Of a stretch of 64,000 nucleotides of DNA, positions 39,015 through 48,925 are shown piece by piece (position 1 is the stretch's first letter; each line of letters starts with the position of its first letter). The stretch lies in contig OZ244561.1 of NCBI GenBank assembly GCA_965217585.1, positions 6,368,001 to 6,432,000 of the forward strand, in the 5' to 3' direction. Below the pieces are notes generated by a model. It worked only from the letters and a program-made list of their open reading frames with translations, searched no databases and was not told the DNA's origin. Origin of the DNA: Candidatus Latescibacterota bacterium (GTDB lineage Bacteria; Latescibacterota; UBA2968; UBA8231). The translations under genes and the position numbers were made by a program.

Positions 39015-39368
39015 GTGGCCTCCCCTCAACGAATTAGCCGAGTGCGCGGGCAGTTGCTACGCGAGCTGACCGACATCGTAGGGCGGATGAAGGATCCGAG
39101 GCTGCTGCTGGTCCAAATCGTTGATGTAGAACTCTCCGCCGACATGAGCTATGCCACGATCTTTGTCAGCACACTCGGCAACGCAGACGACAAAAAGCAG
39201 GTGCTCCAAGGAATGCACCGGGGCTTGGGTTTTATGCGCCGAGAAATCGCCCAGCGCATGCGCTTGCGCTACGCACCCCAGTTGCGGGTTGCATACGATG
39301 ACACCACCGAGCGCGCCGCGCGCGTCACGGCCCTGATCGATAGCCTCGGTGGAGCGCAGCATGGCTGA
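39015..39368 (+). CDS. rbfA: ribosome-binding factor A
   Basis: MKDPRL, VELSADMSYA, LRYAPQL..AYD. Confidence 0.92.
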   Translation: MASPQRISRVRGQLLRELTDIVGRMKDPRLLLVQIVDVELSADMSYATIFVSTLGNADDKKQVLQGMHRGLGFMRREIAQRMRLRYAPQLRVAYDDTTERAARVTALIDSLGGAQHG

Positions 39369-40257
39369 TCCGGCCTTGACCGGGGTTTTGGTCATCGACA
39401 AAGCCAAAGGCCCCACTTCCCACGACGTAATCGCCTCGCTCAGACGCCTATTGCAGTTGCGGCGCATTGGTCATTGCGGCACGCTGGATCCTTTGGCCAG
39501 CGGCGTCTTGGTCGTTTGCCTGGGTCGCTATACCCGGCTCAACCGGTGGCTCAGCGGCGCGGATAAGGAATACGAGGCCGAGATTTGTCTGGGAGCTATA
39601 AGTGCTACGGGCGATGCTGAGGGTCCGATCCGCCACCAAGCGGATTGCGCGTCTCCTACCGACCAAAGCGTGGCCCAAGCCCTGAGCGATTTTACGGGTG
39701 CCATAGACCAAGTGCCGCCGGCGCATTCAGCGGTAAAGGTAGCCGGAGTACGCTCGTACAAGCGGGCACGTCGAGGGGACAAGGTCGTTCTCAAATCCCG
39801 CCGGGTCCACATTCACGCAATGGAGTTGCTCGGCTACGATTTCCCCAGATTAGGCGTGAGAATCCACTGCTCGGCGGGAACGTACATTCGCTCGTTGGCT
39901 GCCGATATGGGACGCGCCTTGGGGCCCGGTGCCTACTTGGCTGAATTGCGTCGACTGCGCGCCGGTGGTCTCGGGCTGGACAAAGCCCTGACGTTGGAGC
40001 AAGTAGCAAGCCTTAGTAGAGCGGGCCAAATTGAAAAAGCCCTCGTCCATCCGCGCTTGGCGTTGAGCGAGTTGGCGGCTGTCGAGCTGAACGAGGTCAA
40101 GCTGGTCGACTTCGCCCATGGGAAGGTGATCGAGTACCCGGCTGGTGCAGGCCCGCGCGAGGTTTGCGCGGTTTTTGACGCCACAGAAACCTTGTTTGGC
40201 CTCGCACGGTGGGAGAAGGGGGCGTTGCGGCCCCTTTGCGTTCTGCGCCAACCTTAG
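39361..40257 (+). CDS. truB: tRNA pseudouridine(55) synthase
   Basis: IDKAKGPTSHDV, GHCGTLDPLASGVL, CSAGTYIRSL. Confidence 0.95.
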   Translation: MADPALTGVLVIDKAKGPTSHDVIASLRRLLQLRRIGHCGTLDPLASGVLVVCLGRYTRLNRWLSGADKEYEAEICLGAISATGDAEGPIRHQADCASPTDQSVAQALSDFTGAIDQVPPAHSAVKVAGVRSYKRARRGDKVVLKSRRVHIHAMELLGYDFPRLGVRIHCSAGTYIRSLAADMGRALGPGAYLAELRRLRAGGLGLDKALTLEQVASLSRAGQIEKALVHPRLALSELAAVELNEVKLVDFAHGKVIEYPAGAGPREVCAVFDATETLFGLARWEKGALRPLCVLRQP

Positions 40258-40677
40258 ATGGCGGGCGCTGGCGTTCATTTTTCCGGCTGCGTCACGAGGG
40301 GCCAAGGACGCGGTAGAACACTAGGGTTTCCCACTGCGAATTTGCTGCCCCAAGGCGGTGAGCCTTTGCCGCAGGGGGTATTTGCTGCCGCAGTGCAATA
40401 CCCCGGCAGTCGGGTATTGCAGGCCGTGGCCCATATCGGCCCCCGGCCCACATTCGCCGAAGCAGCCCTAGTTGTCGAGTTGCACATACTCGATTTTGCC
40501 GGCGACCTCTACGGACAAGACCTACAGGTCGCCCTCGTAAAGAAGCTGCGCGACCATCGCGCATTTGCCTGTCCAGACGAACTGGTAGGGCAAATCCGCA
40601 GAGACATTCACCAAGCACGTGCCCTGTTCGCCTCCAGTGCTGAAGGCGGAAAACGCGACGCGAAATACGGAGGTTGA
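40258..40677 (+). CDS. stand-alone riboflavin kinase (RibF C-terminal domain only)
   Basis: GRTLGFPTANL, GPRPTF, ELHILDF.GDLYG; no N-terminal FMN-adenylyltransferase domain. Confidence 0.88.
   Translation: MAGAGVHFSGCVTRGQGRGRTLGFPTANLLPQGGEPLPQGVFAAAVQYPGSRVLQAVAHIGPRPTFAEAALVVELHILDFAGDLYGQDLQVALVKKLRDHRAFACPDELVGQIRRDIHQARALFASSAEGGKRDAKYGG
40627..40657 (+). repeat. family II element in the riboflavin kinase 3' tail
   Basis: TTCGCCTCCAGTGCTGAAGGCGGAAAACGCG; 28/31 identical to 45970-46000. Confidence 0.7.
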
Positions 40678-40946
40678 AGGTGTCAATAACAACTGAACGC
40701 AAGAAAGAACTAATCGAAAAATTCGGCCAGGAGGGTGGCCCTGGATCCGCCCCGGTGCAGATTGCCATTCTCACCGAGCGCATCCAGAACCTGACCGAAC
40801 ACCTCAAAGACCAGCAAAAAGACTTTGCCACGCGGCGGGGATTACTCGTACTCATAGGCAAAAGGAGGCGATTGCAGAACTACTACCAAAAGAAAAACCC
40901 GCAGGAATATGCGGCGTTGATCCACGAGCTTGGATTGCGTCGCTAG
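40674..40946 (+). CDS. rpsO: 30S ribosomal protein S15
   Basis: GSAPVQIAILTERI..LTEHL, RRGLL..IGKRRRL, LGLRR. Confidence 0.95.
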   Translation: MKVSITTERKKELIEKFGQEGGPGSAPVQIAILTERIQNLTEHLKDQQKDFATRRGLLVLIGKRRRLQNYYQKKNPQEYAALIHELGLRR

Positions 40947-41035
40947 CTCGTACTGAGCTACTCACCGCGGTGTCCGCTGGCGCGGGTGCTGCACAGAATT
41001 CAAAACCTCAAAGGAAAGAGCAAAAGATATATCTA

Positions 41036-43105
41036 ATGAATAAACTCGAACATGAAATAGGTGGACGGACTCTGTCGATCGAAACGGGCAGAATCGCCAA
41101 ACAAGCCAACGGGGCCGTGTGGCTGCAATACGGGGAGACCGTAGTGCTCGTCACAGCCTGTCGGACCAGCACCCCGGAGGACCGGGGCTTTTTGCCCTTG
41201 ATCGTCGATTACCGGGAAAAGGCCTACGCTGGCGGCAAGATACCGGGCAACATCTTCAAGCGCGAAGGGCGCCCCTCTGAAAAGGAGACCCTGAGTGCCC
41301 GGTTAATAGATCACCCCATTCGGCCGATGTTTCCCAAGAAGTTCCCCTATGAAATCCAAGTCTATGTTTCGGTGTTTTCGTACGACGGAGAAAACGACGC
41401 CGATGTCTTGGGTTTGCTCGGGGCCTCGGCAGCCCTGAGCATCTCCGACATTCCCTTTGCTGGCCCCATGGGGGCCGTGCGGGTCGGTCGGATCAACGGC
41501 GAGTTCGTCGCCAATCCGACCCTCTCCGAGCTAGATGATTCCGACCTCGAAATCATAGTCTGCGGCACGGCCGATTCCATCGTCAGCGTCGAAGGGGGTG
41601 CCCACGAAATTGCCGAGCAAGATCTGGTGGATGCGTTGGCCTTTGGCCACGAGTGCATCGCCGAGTTGGTCGAGCTACAGGAGCGGCTGGTCGCCGAAGC
41701 CGGCAAGGAGAAGATCGCCCTCGAGATCGAGGAAGCCGATCCCGAGCTGGTCCATGCCGTTGCCGAACTGGCGCAAGAGCGGATCGCAGAGGCCAACAGA
41801 AACCCGCTCAAAGAAGAGCGGCAGGAGCGCATTGACGCGATTAATGCCGATGTCTTGGAGGGCTTGGCCGAGCGCTTCCCAGACGCGGAAAAGTTCATCA
41901 AGGCCGAGCTGGAGGCGCTGCTCAAGGCCGACATGCGCACCATGATCCTCCAGGATAAGCGGCGCATCGACGGCCGCGCGCTCGACGCCGTGCGCGCCGT
42001 CACCTGCGAGAGCACCGTGCTGCCGCGCACCCACGGCTCGGCGCTTTTTACGCGCGGACAGACGCAAGCGCTCTGCGTGGCGACGCTGGGCACCAAGCTC
42101 GACGAGCGCATGGCCGACGACCTGCAGGGCAAGCGGTTTAAGTCCTATTACTTGGATTACAACTTTCCCCCGTATTCGGTCGGCGAAGTGCGCTTTGAGC
42201 GCGGTCCGGGGCGACGGGACATCGGCCACGGCCATCTGGCCGAGCGCGCCCTAGAGCCGGTTATCCCATCGGTCGAATCCTTTCCCTATACGATTCGGTT
42301 GGTGTCCGATATTACCGAGTCGAGCAGCTCTAGCTCCATGGCCACGGTGTGTGGCTGCTCCCTCGCCTTGATGGACGCTGGAATTCCCGTCAAAACCGCA
42401 GTGTGCGGTACGGGCGTGGGCTTAGTCAAGGAAGGGGACCAGTACGAGCTGCTAACCGACATCCGCGACGCCGAAGATTTTCTCGGCGACATGGACCTCA
42501 AAGTCGCCGGCACCAAGGACGGGATTACCGCGATCCAGATGGACATCAAGATCCAAGGCTTGCAGCTAGACATTCTCAGGGAGGCCCTCGATCGCGCCAA
42601 GGAGGGCCGTGACAAGGTCTTGGCCCTTATGAACGAATGTCTGAGCGCGGCGCGTCCCGAACTCTCGCGCTGGGCACCGCGCATTGAGTTTATCAAGATC
42701 GACCAGAGCAAAATCGGCGCAGTCATCGGCCCGGGTGGCAAGACCATCCGCGAAATCGAAAAGACCGGTGCCACGGTCAATGTCGATGAAGACGGTACGA
42801 TTACCATTGCCTCGGTTGAAGCCGGCCCAGCCGAAGAGGCGCGGCGCATGATTGAGGGAATCACCGCCGACGCCGAGGTAGGCAGGGAATACGACGGGGT
42901 GGTCAAGCGGGTCATGCCCTTTGGGGCCTTCGTCGAGATCCTGCCCGGCAAGGAGGGCCTGTTGCACATCTCCGAGTTGGCGCATCGGCGCGTGGACAAG
43001 GTCGAGGACGTCGTTGGACAAGGGGACAAAATCGCCGTCAAGGTCCTCGAAATCGACACCGGCGGCAAGATGCGGCTCAGCCACAAGGCCCTACTAAAGA
43101 AGTAA
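41036..43105 (+). CDS. pnp: polyribonucleotide nucleotidyltransferase
   Basis: ETGRIAKQANG, HGSALFTRGQTQ, GDMDLKVAGT, KH (IGPGGK) and S1 domains. Start reassigned to ATG at 41036. Confidence 0.97.
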   Translation: MNKLEHEIGGRTLSIETGRIAKQANGAVWLQYGETVVLVTACRTSTPEDRGFLPLIVDYREKAYAGGKIPGNIFKREGRPSEKETLSARLIDHPIRPMFPKKFPYEIQVYVSVFSYDGENDADVLGLLGASAALSISDIPFAGPMGAVRVGRINGEFVANPTLSELDDSDLEIIVCGTADSIVSVEGGAHEIAEQDLVDALAFGHECIAELVELQERLVAEAGKEKIALEIEEADPELVHAVAELAQERIAEANRNPLKEERQERIDAINADVLEGLAERFPDAEKFIKAELEALLKADMRTMILQDKRRIDGRALDAVRAVTCESTVLPRTHGSALFTRGQTQALCVATLGTKLDERMADDLQGKRFKSYYLDYNFPPYSVGEVRFERGPGRRDIGHGHLAERALEPVIPSVESFPYTIRLVSDITESSSSSSMATVCGCSLALMDAGIPVKTAVCGTGVGLVKEGDQYELLTDIRDAEDFLGDMDLKVAGTKDGITAIQMDIKIQGLQLDILREALDRAKEGRDKVLALMNECLSAARPELSRWAPRIEFIKIDQSKIGAVIGPGGKTIREIEKTGATVNVDEDGTITIASVEAGPAEEARRMIEGITADAEVGREYDGVVKRVMPFGAFVEILPGKEGLLHISELAHRRVDKVEDVVGQGDKIAVKVLEIDTGGKMRLSHKALLKK

Positions 43106-43130
43106 GGACGGTCTTGAGCCACAGAATGAG

Positions 43131-43164
43131 AAGGCTATCGAGGCTATCTCGATAGTCTTTTCTT
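43131..43164 (+). terminator. intrinsic terminator after pnp
   Basis: AAGGCTATCGAG-GCTAT-CTCGATAGTCTT followed by TTCTT. Confidence 0.7.
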
Positions 43165-43176
43165 ATTATATGGTAT

Positions 43177-44481
43177 ATGGATGAGCAAATGGAGTCGATT
43201 CAGGTGGCTGATATCGGCCGCTATGAGGGCCGAGAAGTGGTGCTGCGAGGTTGGTTGTACAACAAGCGATCGAGTGGCAAGCTGCATTTTCTGCAGCTAC
43301 GCGACGGCAGTGGTGTGGTGCAATGCGTTGTTTTTAAAGGGGATGTCGAGGCCGAGTTGTTCGAGCGCTGCGATCACTTGCCGCAAGAATCTTCGCTCGT
43401 AGTCCGCGGTCAAGTGCGGCGGGAGGCGCGCTCACCCATCGGCTATGAGGTGGGAGTCCGCCACCTCGAAGTCGTGCAGGAGGCCGAGCCATATCCCATC
43501 ACACCTAAGGAACATGGGGTGTCCTTTCTCCTAGACCACCGCCACTTGTGGCTGCGGTCTATGCGGCCTGGGGCCATCCTCAAGATCCGCAGCGAAATCT
43601 GCAAGGCTTGCCGCGACTTTATGGAAGAGCGCGACTTTGTCCTCGTGGATGCGCCGATTTTTACACCCGCGGCCTGCGAAGGGACCTCGACTCTGTTCGA
43701 AACCGCGTATTTCGACGACACGGCTTATTTGACCCAGAGCGGTCAGCTTTATATGGAAGCGGCCGCTATGGCCTTGGGTAAGGTCTATTGTTTTGGGCCG
43801 ACGTTCCGCGCTGAAAAGTCCAAGACCCGTCGGCACCTGACCGAGTTCTGGATGATCGAGCCGGAGATGGCGTATTGCGATCTAGAGGGTGCCATGGCCT
43901 TGGCCGAGGACATGGTCTTGTACGTACTCGACCGCGTGCTCGACCGCCGCCGCGAAGAGCTAAAGCTGCTCGACCGAGATACCGCCAAGCTGGAACGGGT
44001 CAGCCGGCCCTTTCCGCGCATGACCTACGGTGAGGCTACCGAGCGCTTGACAGCCCTCGGTAGCGACATCGCATGGGGGAGCGATCTGGGTGGGGACGAC
44101 GAAACCGTCCTCACCTCCGAGTTCGAATCGCCAGTTTTCGTCCACCGCTATCCCAGCGCGGTCAAAGCATTCTACATGAAGGAAGATGCCCAAGACCACC
44201 GTTTAGCCCTGTGCATGGACCTGTTGGCACCCGAAGGATACGGGGAAATCATCGGGGGCGGGCAACGCGAAGACGATCTGGCCGTCTTGCAGCACAAGAT
44301 CGCCACGCATCAATTGCCCCAAGAAGCCTTTAGCTGGTATCTCGACTTGCGGCGCTACGGCTCGGTTGAGCACGCCGGCTTTGGCATGGGAATCGAGCGG
44401 GTGGTCGCTTGGTTGTGCGGCGCCAAGCACGTGCGCGAGACCATTCCATTTCCGCGCATGATGCAGCGCCTCTATCCATAA
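43177..44481 (+). CDS. asnS: asparagine--tRNA ligase
   Basis: [61 protein letters not shown]. Confidence 0.96.
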   Translation: MDEQMESIQVADIGRYEGREVVLRGWLYNKRSSGKLHFLQLRDGSGVVQCVVFKGDVEAELFERCDHLPQESSLVVRGQVRREARSPIGYEVGVRHLEVVQEAEPYPITPKEHGVSFLLDHRHLWLRSMRPGAILKIRSEICKACRDFMEERDFVLVDAPIFTPAACEGTSTLFETAYFDDTAYLTQSGQLYMEAAAMALGKVYCFGPTFRAEKSKTRRHLTEFWMIEPEMAYCDLEGAMALAEDMVLYVLDRVLDRRREELKLLDRDTAKLERVSRPFPRMTYGEATERLTALGSDIAWGSDLGGDDETVLTSEFESPVFVHRYPSAVKAFYMKEDAQDHRLALCMDLLAPEGYGEIIGGGQREDDLAVLQHKIATHQLPQEAFSWYLDLRRYGSVEHAGFGMGIERVVAWLCGAKHVRETIPFPRMMQRLYP

Positions 44482-44509
44482 ATGTCTTATAAGGATTTTT
44501 ATGTCAACC
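44482..44509 (+). other. dif/XerCD-like site B
   Basis: ATGTCTTATAA-GGATTT-TTATGTCAACC; begins immediately after the asnS stop and contains the leuS ATG. Confidence 0.72.
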
Positions 44510-47407
44510 GAAACAAAAAAAGGCCAATACAACTTCCAAACCATCGAAACCAAATGGCGATCCTGTTGGGAACAGGAGAAGACCTATCAAACGCTGGGAC
44601 CGGGGGATCCCGGTTTCGATGGCAGCAAACCCAAGTGCTACATCCTCGATATGTTTCCCTATCCAAGCGGCGCGGGGTTGCACATCGGCCATCCCAAAGG
44701 GTATATCGCCAGCGACATCTACAGCCGCTACAAAAGGATGCAGGGATTTAACGTCCTGCATCCGATGGGGTTCGACAGTTTCGGGTTACCGGCCGAGCAA
44801 TACGCTATCGAACACAACATTCATCCAGCGACCGTTACCGAGCAGAATATCGATGCAATGCGCGGCCAATTGCAGTTTCTCGGGCTGTCGTTTGACTGGG
44901 CCCGCGAAGTGGTCACGTCGCGGGCGTCGTACTACCGCTGGACCCAGTGGATTTTTGTCCAGCTATTCGATAGCTATTTCGACGCAGACGATATCTGGGA
45001 AGACAGCAATGGACGCCAAATAAAGGGGCGGGCCAAGTCCATCGCCGATTTAGAGGCCCAATTTGCTGCTGGCAGGGCGTTGTCGGCAGCAGATCGCCAA
45101 AGTCTTGGCACCGACGCGGCCTGGTCCGCACTAACCGCGGCTGAGCGGCAAGCTGTGCTGAACAACTACCGGCTGGCGTACCAGCAAGAAGCCGTCGTCA
45201 ACTGGTGCCCTGGCTTGGGTACTGTGTTGGCCAACGAGGAGGTGACTAGCGAAGGCCGCAGCGAGCGGGGCGATTTCCCTGTGTATCGCAAACCGTTGCG
45301 GCAGTGGACGATGCGCATAACAGCCTATGCCGAGCGGCTCTTAGAGGATTTGGACTTCGAGCTGGAGGACCGCAATGGTGAGCCTTTCCGGCTCGATTGG
45401 CCAGAACCCATCAAGCGGATGCAGCGCAACTGGATCGGCCGCAGCGAAGGGGCCGAAGTGTGCTTCGATGTTCTCAATCCGCAAAGCGACGCGGTCGCCG
45501 AGCAGTTACCCGTGTTCACGACCCGGCCCGACACGCTTTTTGGGGCGACCTTTATGGCCATTGCCCCTCAGCATCCGCTGGTGGATTCCGCCAAGGAATC
45601 CTATTTGGTCCCTAGTGATTGGCCCGACGGGACGCCTGAGCAGTGGAAGGGGAGAGGGGGTTCTATCCGGGAAGCCGTAGAACATTACGTAGTTGGGGCT
45701 GCTCTCTCCACTGCGGATGAGACCAAGGAGAAAACGGGCATCTTTTCCGGCATCTACGCCCGTAATCCAGTCAATGGACAGAAAATTCCAATTTTCGTCG
45801 CCGATTACGTCAGCATGGACTACGGCGCGGGAGCCATTATGTCCGTGCCGGCCCATGACGAGCGCGATTTCGCCTTCGCCACGGCTTATAACTTGGATAT
45901 TGTGCGGGTGGTTGATGGAGGCGAAGGGGAGTCCACAGGATGGTATGCGGGGGAGGGGACCGCGATCAATTCGCCTTCAGTACTGAAGGCGGACAACGCG
46001 CCGGCCACCGGCGATAATCCATACGCCATCACTGGGTTGGCAACGGCCGCGGCCAAAGCCCAGATCGTCGCTGCCCTCGCTGCCCAAGGACGAGGCCAAG
46101 CTGCGGTAAACTACAAACTGCGCGACTGGACCTTCGCTCGGCAGCGCTATTGGGGAGAACCTTTTCCACTGGCTACGCATCCCGATGGATATTCCATCGA
46201 GGTCCCGCCTCCGGTGGAGCTGCCGGATCTAGAGGATTTCAGGCCAGAGACCTCCGACGATCCCACCCAACCCGTTTCGCCGCCACTGCACCGGGCCGGA
46301 GCGGAGTGGACAACGGTGGAAATTAACGGGGTGGCCTGCCAGCGCGAGCTCAACGTCATGCCCCAATGGGCTGGTTCTTGCTGGTACTATCTCCGCTTTA
46401 TCGATCCGCACAACGAAGAAGCCTTCTGCGACCCGGCCAAGGAAGGCTACTTCATGCCTGTTGATCTCTACATTGGCGGCGCGGAACACGCGGTGTTGCA
46501 CTTGCTCTACGCTCGGTTTTGGCACAAGGCCCTCTACGACCTGGACCACGTATCCACACCCGAGCCGTTTAAGAAGCTGTTCAACCAAGGCATGATGACC
46601 GCCGATGCCTTTCAGGACGATCGCGGCGTGTATATCGACATCCGCGAGGTCGAGTTCCGCGACGGGGAGCCTGTTGAGATGGGGACGGGAAAGATGCTGC
46701 GCCGGTCCTCCGGCAAGATGGGCAAACGCTACAAAAACGGATTGCCGCCCGAAGAAGTCGGCGAGGAATTTGGCGTGGATACTCTGCGGCTGTACGAAAT
46801 GTACATGGGGCCGCTCGAAGCGAGTGCGCCGTGGAGCATGGAAGGCATTCGCGGGATGCAGCGCTTCTTGCAGCGCGTTTGGCGCAACTTTGTCGATTCA
46901 GATCGACTCGTAAAAATAGGGGAGCGCGCTGCGTTGACGACGGATCTGGAACGCAAGCTGCACCAAACCATCCAAAAGGTAACCGATGACATAGAGGGGC
47001 TGCGGTTTAATACGGCCATTGCCGCCTTGATCGAGCTAAACAATCTGTTGGTGTCCTTAGAGGAAGTGCCGCAGGCCGTCGCCAAACCCTTCTTGATCCT
47101 GCTAGCACCCTTTGCTCCGCATATTGCCGAGGAGCTATGGGAAATGGCGGATTGGGGGACGGGAGACCTCAGTCACCAAAGCTGGCCGAAGTGGGATGTA
47201 GCTAAGGCCGCCGAGGACATGATCGTAGTGCCCATTCAGGTCAATGGCAAAATGCGCGGCCAAGTCGAAGTACCGGTCCGTACTGGAGAAGACAAGATAA
47301 AGTCCTTGGTGCTCGACATGGAGAGCATCCAGAAATACGTGGCCGATGAGACAGCGATAAAGCGATTTATCTGGGTGCCGAATAAGATCGTCAATATTGT
47401 GGTGTAG
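44501..47407 (+). CDS. leuS: leucine--tRNA ligase
   Basis: MFPYPSGAGLHIGH, FTTRPDTLFG, RQRYWGEP, GGAEHAVLHLLYARF; KMSKS variant KMGKR. Confidence 0.97.
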   Translation: MSTETKKGQYNFQTIETKWRSCWEQEKTYQTLGPGDPGFDGSKPKCYILDMFPYPSGAGLHIGHPKGYIASDIYSRYKRMQGFNVLHPMGFDSFGLPAEQYAIEHNIHPATVTEQNIDAMRGQLQFLGLSFDWAREVVTSRASYYRWTQWIFVQLFDSYFDADDIWEDSNGRQIKGRAKSIADLEAQFAAGRALSAADRQSLGTDAAWSALTAAERQAVLNNYRLAYQQEAVVNWCPGLGTVLANEEVTSEGRSERGDFPVYRKPLRQWTMRITAYAERLLEDLDFELEDRNGEPFRLDWPEPIKRMQRNWIGRSEGAEVCFDVLNPQSDAVAEQLPVFTTRPDTLFGATFMAIAPQHPLVDSAKESYLVPSDWPDGTPEQWKGRGGSIREAVEHYVVGAALSTADETKEKTGIFSGIYARNPVNGQKIPIFVADYVSMDYGAGAIMSVPAHDERDFAFATAYNLDIVRVVDGGEGESTGWYAGEGTAINSPSVLKADNAPATGDNPYAITGLATAAAKAQIVAALAAQGRGQAAVNYKLRDWTFARQRYWGEPFPLATHPDGYSIEVPPPVELPDLEDFRPETSDDPTQPVSPPLHRAGAEWTTVEINGVACQRELNVMPQWAGSCWYYLRFIDPHNEEAFCDPAKEGYFMPVDLYIGGAEHAVLHLLYARFWHKALYDLDHVSTPEPFKKLFNQGMMTADAFQDDRGVYIDIREVEFRDGEPVEMGTGKMLRRSSGKMGKRYKNGLPPEEVGEEFGVDTLRLYEMYMGPLEASAPWSMEGIRGMQRFLQRVWRNFVDSDRLVKIGERAALTTDLERKLHQTIQKVTDDIEGLRFNTAIAALIELNNLLVSLEEVPQAVAKPFLILLAPFAPHIAEELWEMADWGTGDLSHQSWPKWDVAKAAEDMIVVPIQVNGKMRGQVEVPVRTGEDKIKSLVLDMESIQKYVADETAIKRFIWVPNKIVNIVV
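45970..46000 (+). repeat. family II element, in-frame inside leuS
   Basis: TTCGCCTTCAGTACTGAAGGCGGACAACGCG; perfect 20-bp palindrome core; encodes SPSVLKADNA. Confidence 0.7.
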
Positions 47408-47454
47408 GAGTGCTAGGCTGCAATGGGACTTGATCGTTTCAATAGGAGAAAAAA

Positions 47455-47811
47455 ATGACTTGCTACTATACAAACAGATATAACGAACAATTCATACAAA
47501 TTGAACATTACCGACGATATCCTCAAATGATGCCGTTTGTCGGAAAAGAATATGAGGCAGGCGGCATACTTTTATTGTTAGAAAGCCACTATCTACCCGA
47601 GAGAAGTCGGGTTCATCTTGACGCAGATCATTGGTATAGCGGAAATTCGGATTCACTTAGCGAGGAAGAAAAGATATGGATACATACTAGAAATATAACC
47701 AACGATAAATTGCATTGGGAAGATGGAAGAGGATCCATAGGAAAAATAAATTTAGCATTGATAGAAGCGTTAGGGCAAGAAAGGGAAGAGAGGGATAATA
47801 TGTTTCAATAA
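47455..47811 (+). CDS. AT-rich hypothetical protein, probably truncated
   Basis: GGAG RBS; much lower GC than neighbours; MMPFVGKEY...ESHY; stop abuts dif-like site C. Confidence 0.55.
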   Translation: MTCYYTNRYNEQFIQIEHYRRYPQMMPFVGKEYEAGGILLLLESHYLPERSRVHLDADHWYSGNSDSLSEEEKIWIHTRNITNDKLHWEDGRGSIGKINLALIEALGQEREERDNMFQ

Positions 47812-47839
47812 ATGTCTTATAATTTTTAATATGTAAATA
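47812..47839 (+). other. dif/XerCD-like site C
   Basis: ATGTCTTATAA-TTTTTA-ATATGTAAATA. Confidence 0.72.
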
Positions 47840-47854
47840 AAAAAACAAAAATCC

Positions 47855-48829
47855 TCAACTACCAATCCCAATATAATCAGACGCATTATCGAGCAGCCTC
47901 TCGCGGTTTTCGTAGTAACGCATCGTCGTCTTTAGATCCTTGTGGCGCAAATGGGCTTGCACTTGCTGAGGTTTAGCTCCGCCTTCAATCGCCAGAGTGC
48001 AGCACGTGTGGCGGAACATGTGCGCGGTGACGTTTTGCGGAAGGCCGGCGCGCAGGGCGTACTTCTTGACGATGTGATTTACCGATTGATCGGTCAGCGG
48101 CTGGCCGCGCGAATGGTTGCGCGACAGGCTGATGAAGACCTTGCCGGTCGTCGGCCAGCCCGCCACCTGTAGTTGTTGTTTGTATAGTTCGAGATGATGT
48201 AGGACGACGCTTTGTAGTTTGATCTCCTGCGCCACGCCCGATTTAGTCTGGGGCAGGTGCAGGATGTAAAAGACGCCCTCCAAGGATATATCCTCCCAGG
48301 CGACGCCCGCCACTTCGGAGCGGCGCAGCCCGCCGAAAGTGAGCAACTGAAAGATGGCCGCATCCCGCGTGCGGACCAAGTCGTCTTTTTCCTCGGCAAT
48401 AGCTTGCTGCATCTTGCGCAGCACCTCATTGGAAAGCGCTTTGCCGGCCAGTGTTTCGTCCACCTTGTAGCCACGCACCAAGGTGGAGTCGGCGGGATTC
48501 TTCTCGATGTGGCCTAGGGCCACCAACATCTTGAACAACGATTTCAGGCTGGACAATTTTCTGTTGATGCTGCTGCGCTTGTAGCCTTCGCCGGCGAGCT
48601 GATTTCTAAAGGCGACCACATGCTCAAAGGTGATTGACTGTAAGACGGCGAGGGAGACGTCATTTAGCTCTAGGCCGATGGATAAAAAGAAATGCTGGAG
48701 ATCGGCGTAATAAGCGCGCCGGGTGCGCTCGCTAAGCTGGCCGCTGAGAAATTGTTCCAAGGGATCGTCCGACACCAACGCTGGTGTTGGCGTCAGCCTG
48801 CGGACGACCGGATTGAGTGTTTCGCTCAT
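47855..48829 (-). CDS. tyrosine recombinase/integrase (N-terminal SAM-like domain plus catalytic domain)
   Basis: TRRAYYADL, GLRRSE (R), TK (K), HMFRH (HxxR), HLRH, TTMRY (Y). Confidence 0.93.
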   Translation of the reverse strand: MSETLNPVVRRLTPTPALVSDDPLEQFLSGQLSERTRRAYYADLQHFFLSIGLELNDVSLAVLQSITFEHVVAFRNQLAGEGYKRSSINRKLSSLKSLFKMLVALGHIEKNPADSTLVRGYKVDETLAGKALSNEVLRKMQQAIAEEKDDLVRTRDAAIFQLLTFGGLRRSEVAGVAWEDISLEGVFYILHLPQTKSGVAQEIKLQSVVLHHLELYKQQLQVAGWPTTGKVFISLSRNHSRGQPLTDQSVNHIVKKYALRAGLPQNVTAHMFRHTCCTLAIEGGAKPQQVQAHLRHKDLKTTMRYYENRERLLDNASDYIGIGS

Positions 48830-48925
48830 AAATACTCGCTGGGGCTTAATTGGTATCTAATGTCCCAAATATAGCGAACATCGCGACATTTTGCCGCTGC
48901 ATATCACATGGGATTCGCCTAGTTT

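Noticed and set aside
47855-48829. Calling the recombinase xerC/xerD or a prophage integrase
   Set aside because: It lacks XerC/D signature motifs and no phage genes are nearby.
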